Part shown: one piece after another, positions 63,547 to 64,000 of the stretch | Layout of the letters: each line of letters begins with the position of its first letter | Position numbering within the stretch: the first letter of the stretch is position 1 | Assembly (NCBI GenBank): GCA_021432655.1 | Contig: MU271371.1 | Coordinates: 1 to 64,000, forward strand | Direction: 5' to 3' | Source: Atractiella rhizophila | Lineage: Eukaryota | Length of the DNA stretch: 64,000 bases | Program-made: the position numbers and the translations under genes | Notes under the pieces: generated by a model | The model's input: the letters and a program-made list of their open reading frames with translations, nothing else | Database searches by the model: none | What the model was told of the DNA's origin: nothing

Positions 63547-64000
63547 GGTGGCCTGTTCCGTCGAGGGATGGAGAGTGTCGATGTGTCGGTGTGGTTGTCA
63601 AAGGAGAATGGGACTAGAACGAGATTAACTATCGTGTAGTCATCAACGTGTTGTAAGATTCACGTGTAAACTTCCCCAAAACATCAAAACATCGACAACA
63701 AGGATTTGCAAGCGAAGGAGGAAAAGAACAGGATGGGCGTTAAAAATGCGTATTTGATTGCTTATAACAGTGCTAGGTGAGCTACCTTTTTTTTGATGGC
63801 ATTATGTTGTTTGTCCGTTCAGAAACACCCTTGGGTGGACATTGGCACTTTTTCTCTCTTTTCCCGTAATACAAAGGCTACCTTAAAGTGTCCACCATGT
63901 GCCTGAGCACTGTTTGATTACTTCTATTTCTTTTGTGGACTACAGAGCTCCAGGAGGCGATCATAGCCCTGTTTTCAGCTTTCACACTTTCGTCGGATTG

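Noticed and set aside
1..64000. CRISPR arrays, rRNA, spliceosomal snRNAs, biosynthetic gene cluster
   Set aside because: I saw no repeat-spacer array and no rRNA or U1/U2/U5/U6 hallmark motifs. There is no PKS/NRPS/terpene backbone gene near the P450.

Overview
Gene-dense, intron-rich fungal nuclear DNA. The splice signals (GTRNGT / CTRAY / YAG, mostly ~45-70-nt introns) and gene content suggest a basidiomycete; this is inference. I can support about 20 protein-coding genes: RNA14/CstF-77 (3' part), an HD phosphohydrolase, an FAD oxidoreductase, an APH-like kinase, MET14, an AGTRAP-like membrane protein, a cytochrome P450, a GPI-anchored lipase-3-like protein, a metallopeptidase-jacalin protein, a Tis11/Cth-type tandem CCCH protein, a SET protein, MMS19, an FPY1-like protein, a single-pass membrane protein, RAD7, a bZIP, a TIP30/Fmp52-like protein, an ankyrin-DIL protein and a KRE2/KTR mannosyltransferase. 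There are also two tandem intron-containing tRNA-Ile(AAT) genes and kinase/LysM pseudogene relics. Five features stand out. (1) Four head-to-tail partial-gene duplications (0.5-2.4 kb); the three diverged pairs differ mainly at synonymous sites, so they are either haplotype/assembly artefacts or real 3'-module duplications. (2) Five genes have 470-975-nt first introns. (3) The Tis11-like gene has a >1-kb spliced AUG-free leader and a -1 frame break mid-CDS. (4) The GPI lipase-like protein lacks the nucleophilic Ser. (5) The ankyrin-DIL ORF begins with 37 consecutive G/C-ending codons. Exon boundaries were read by eye and are approximate unless stated.
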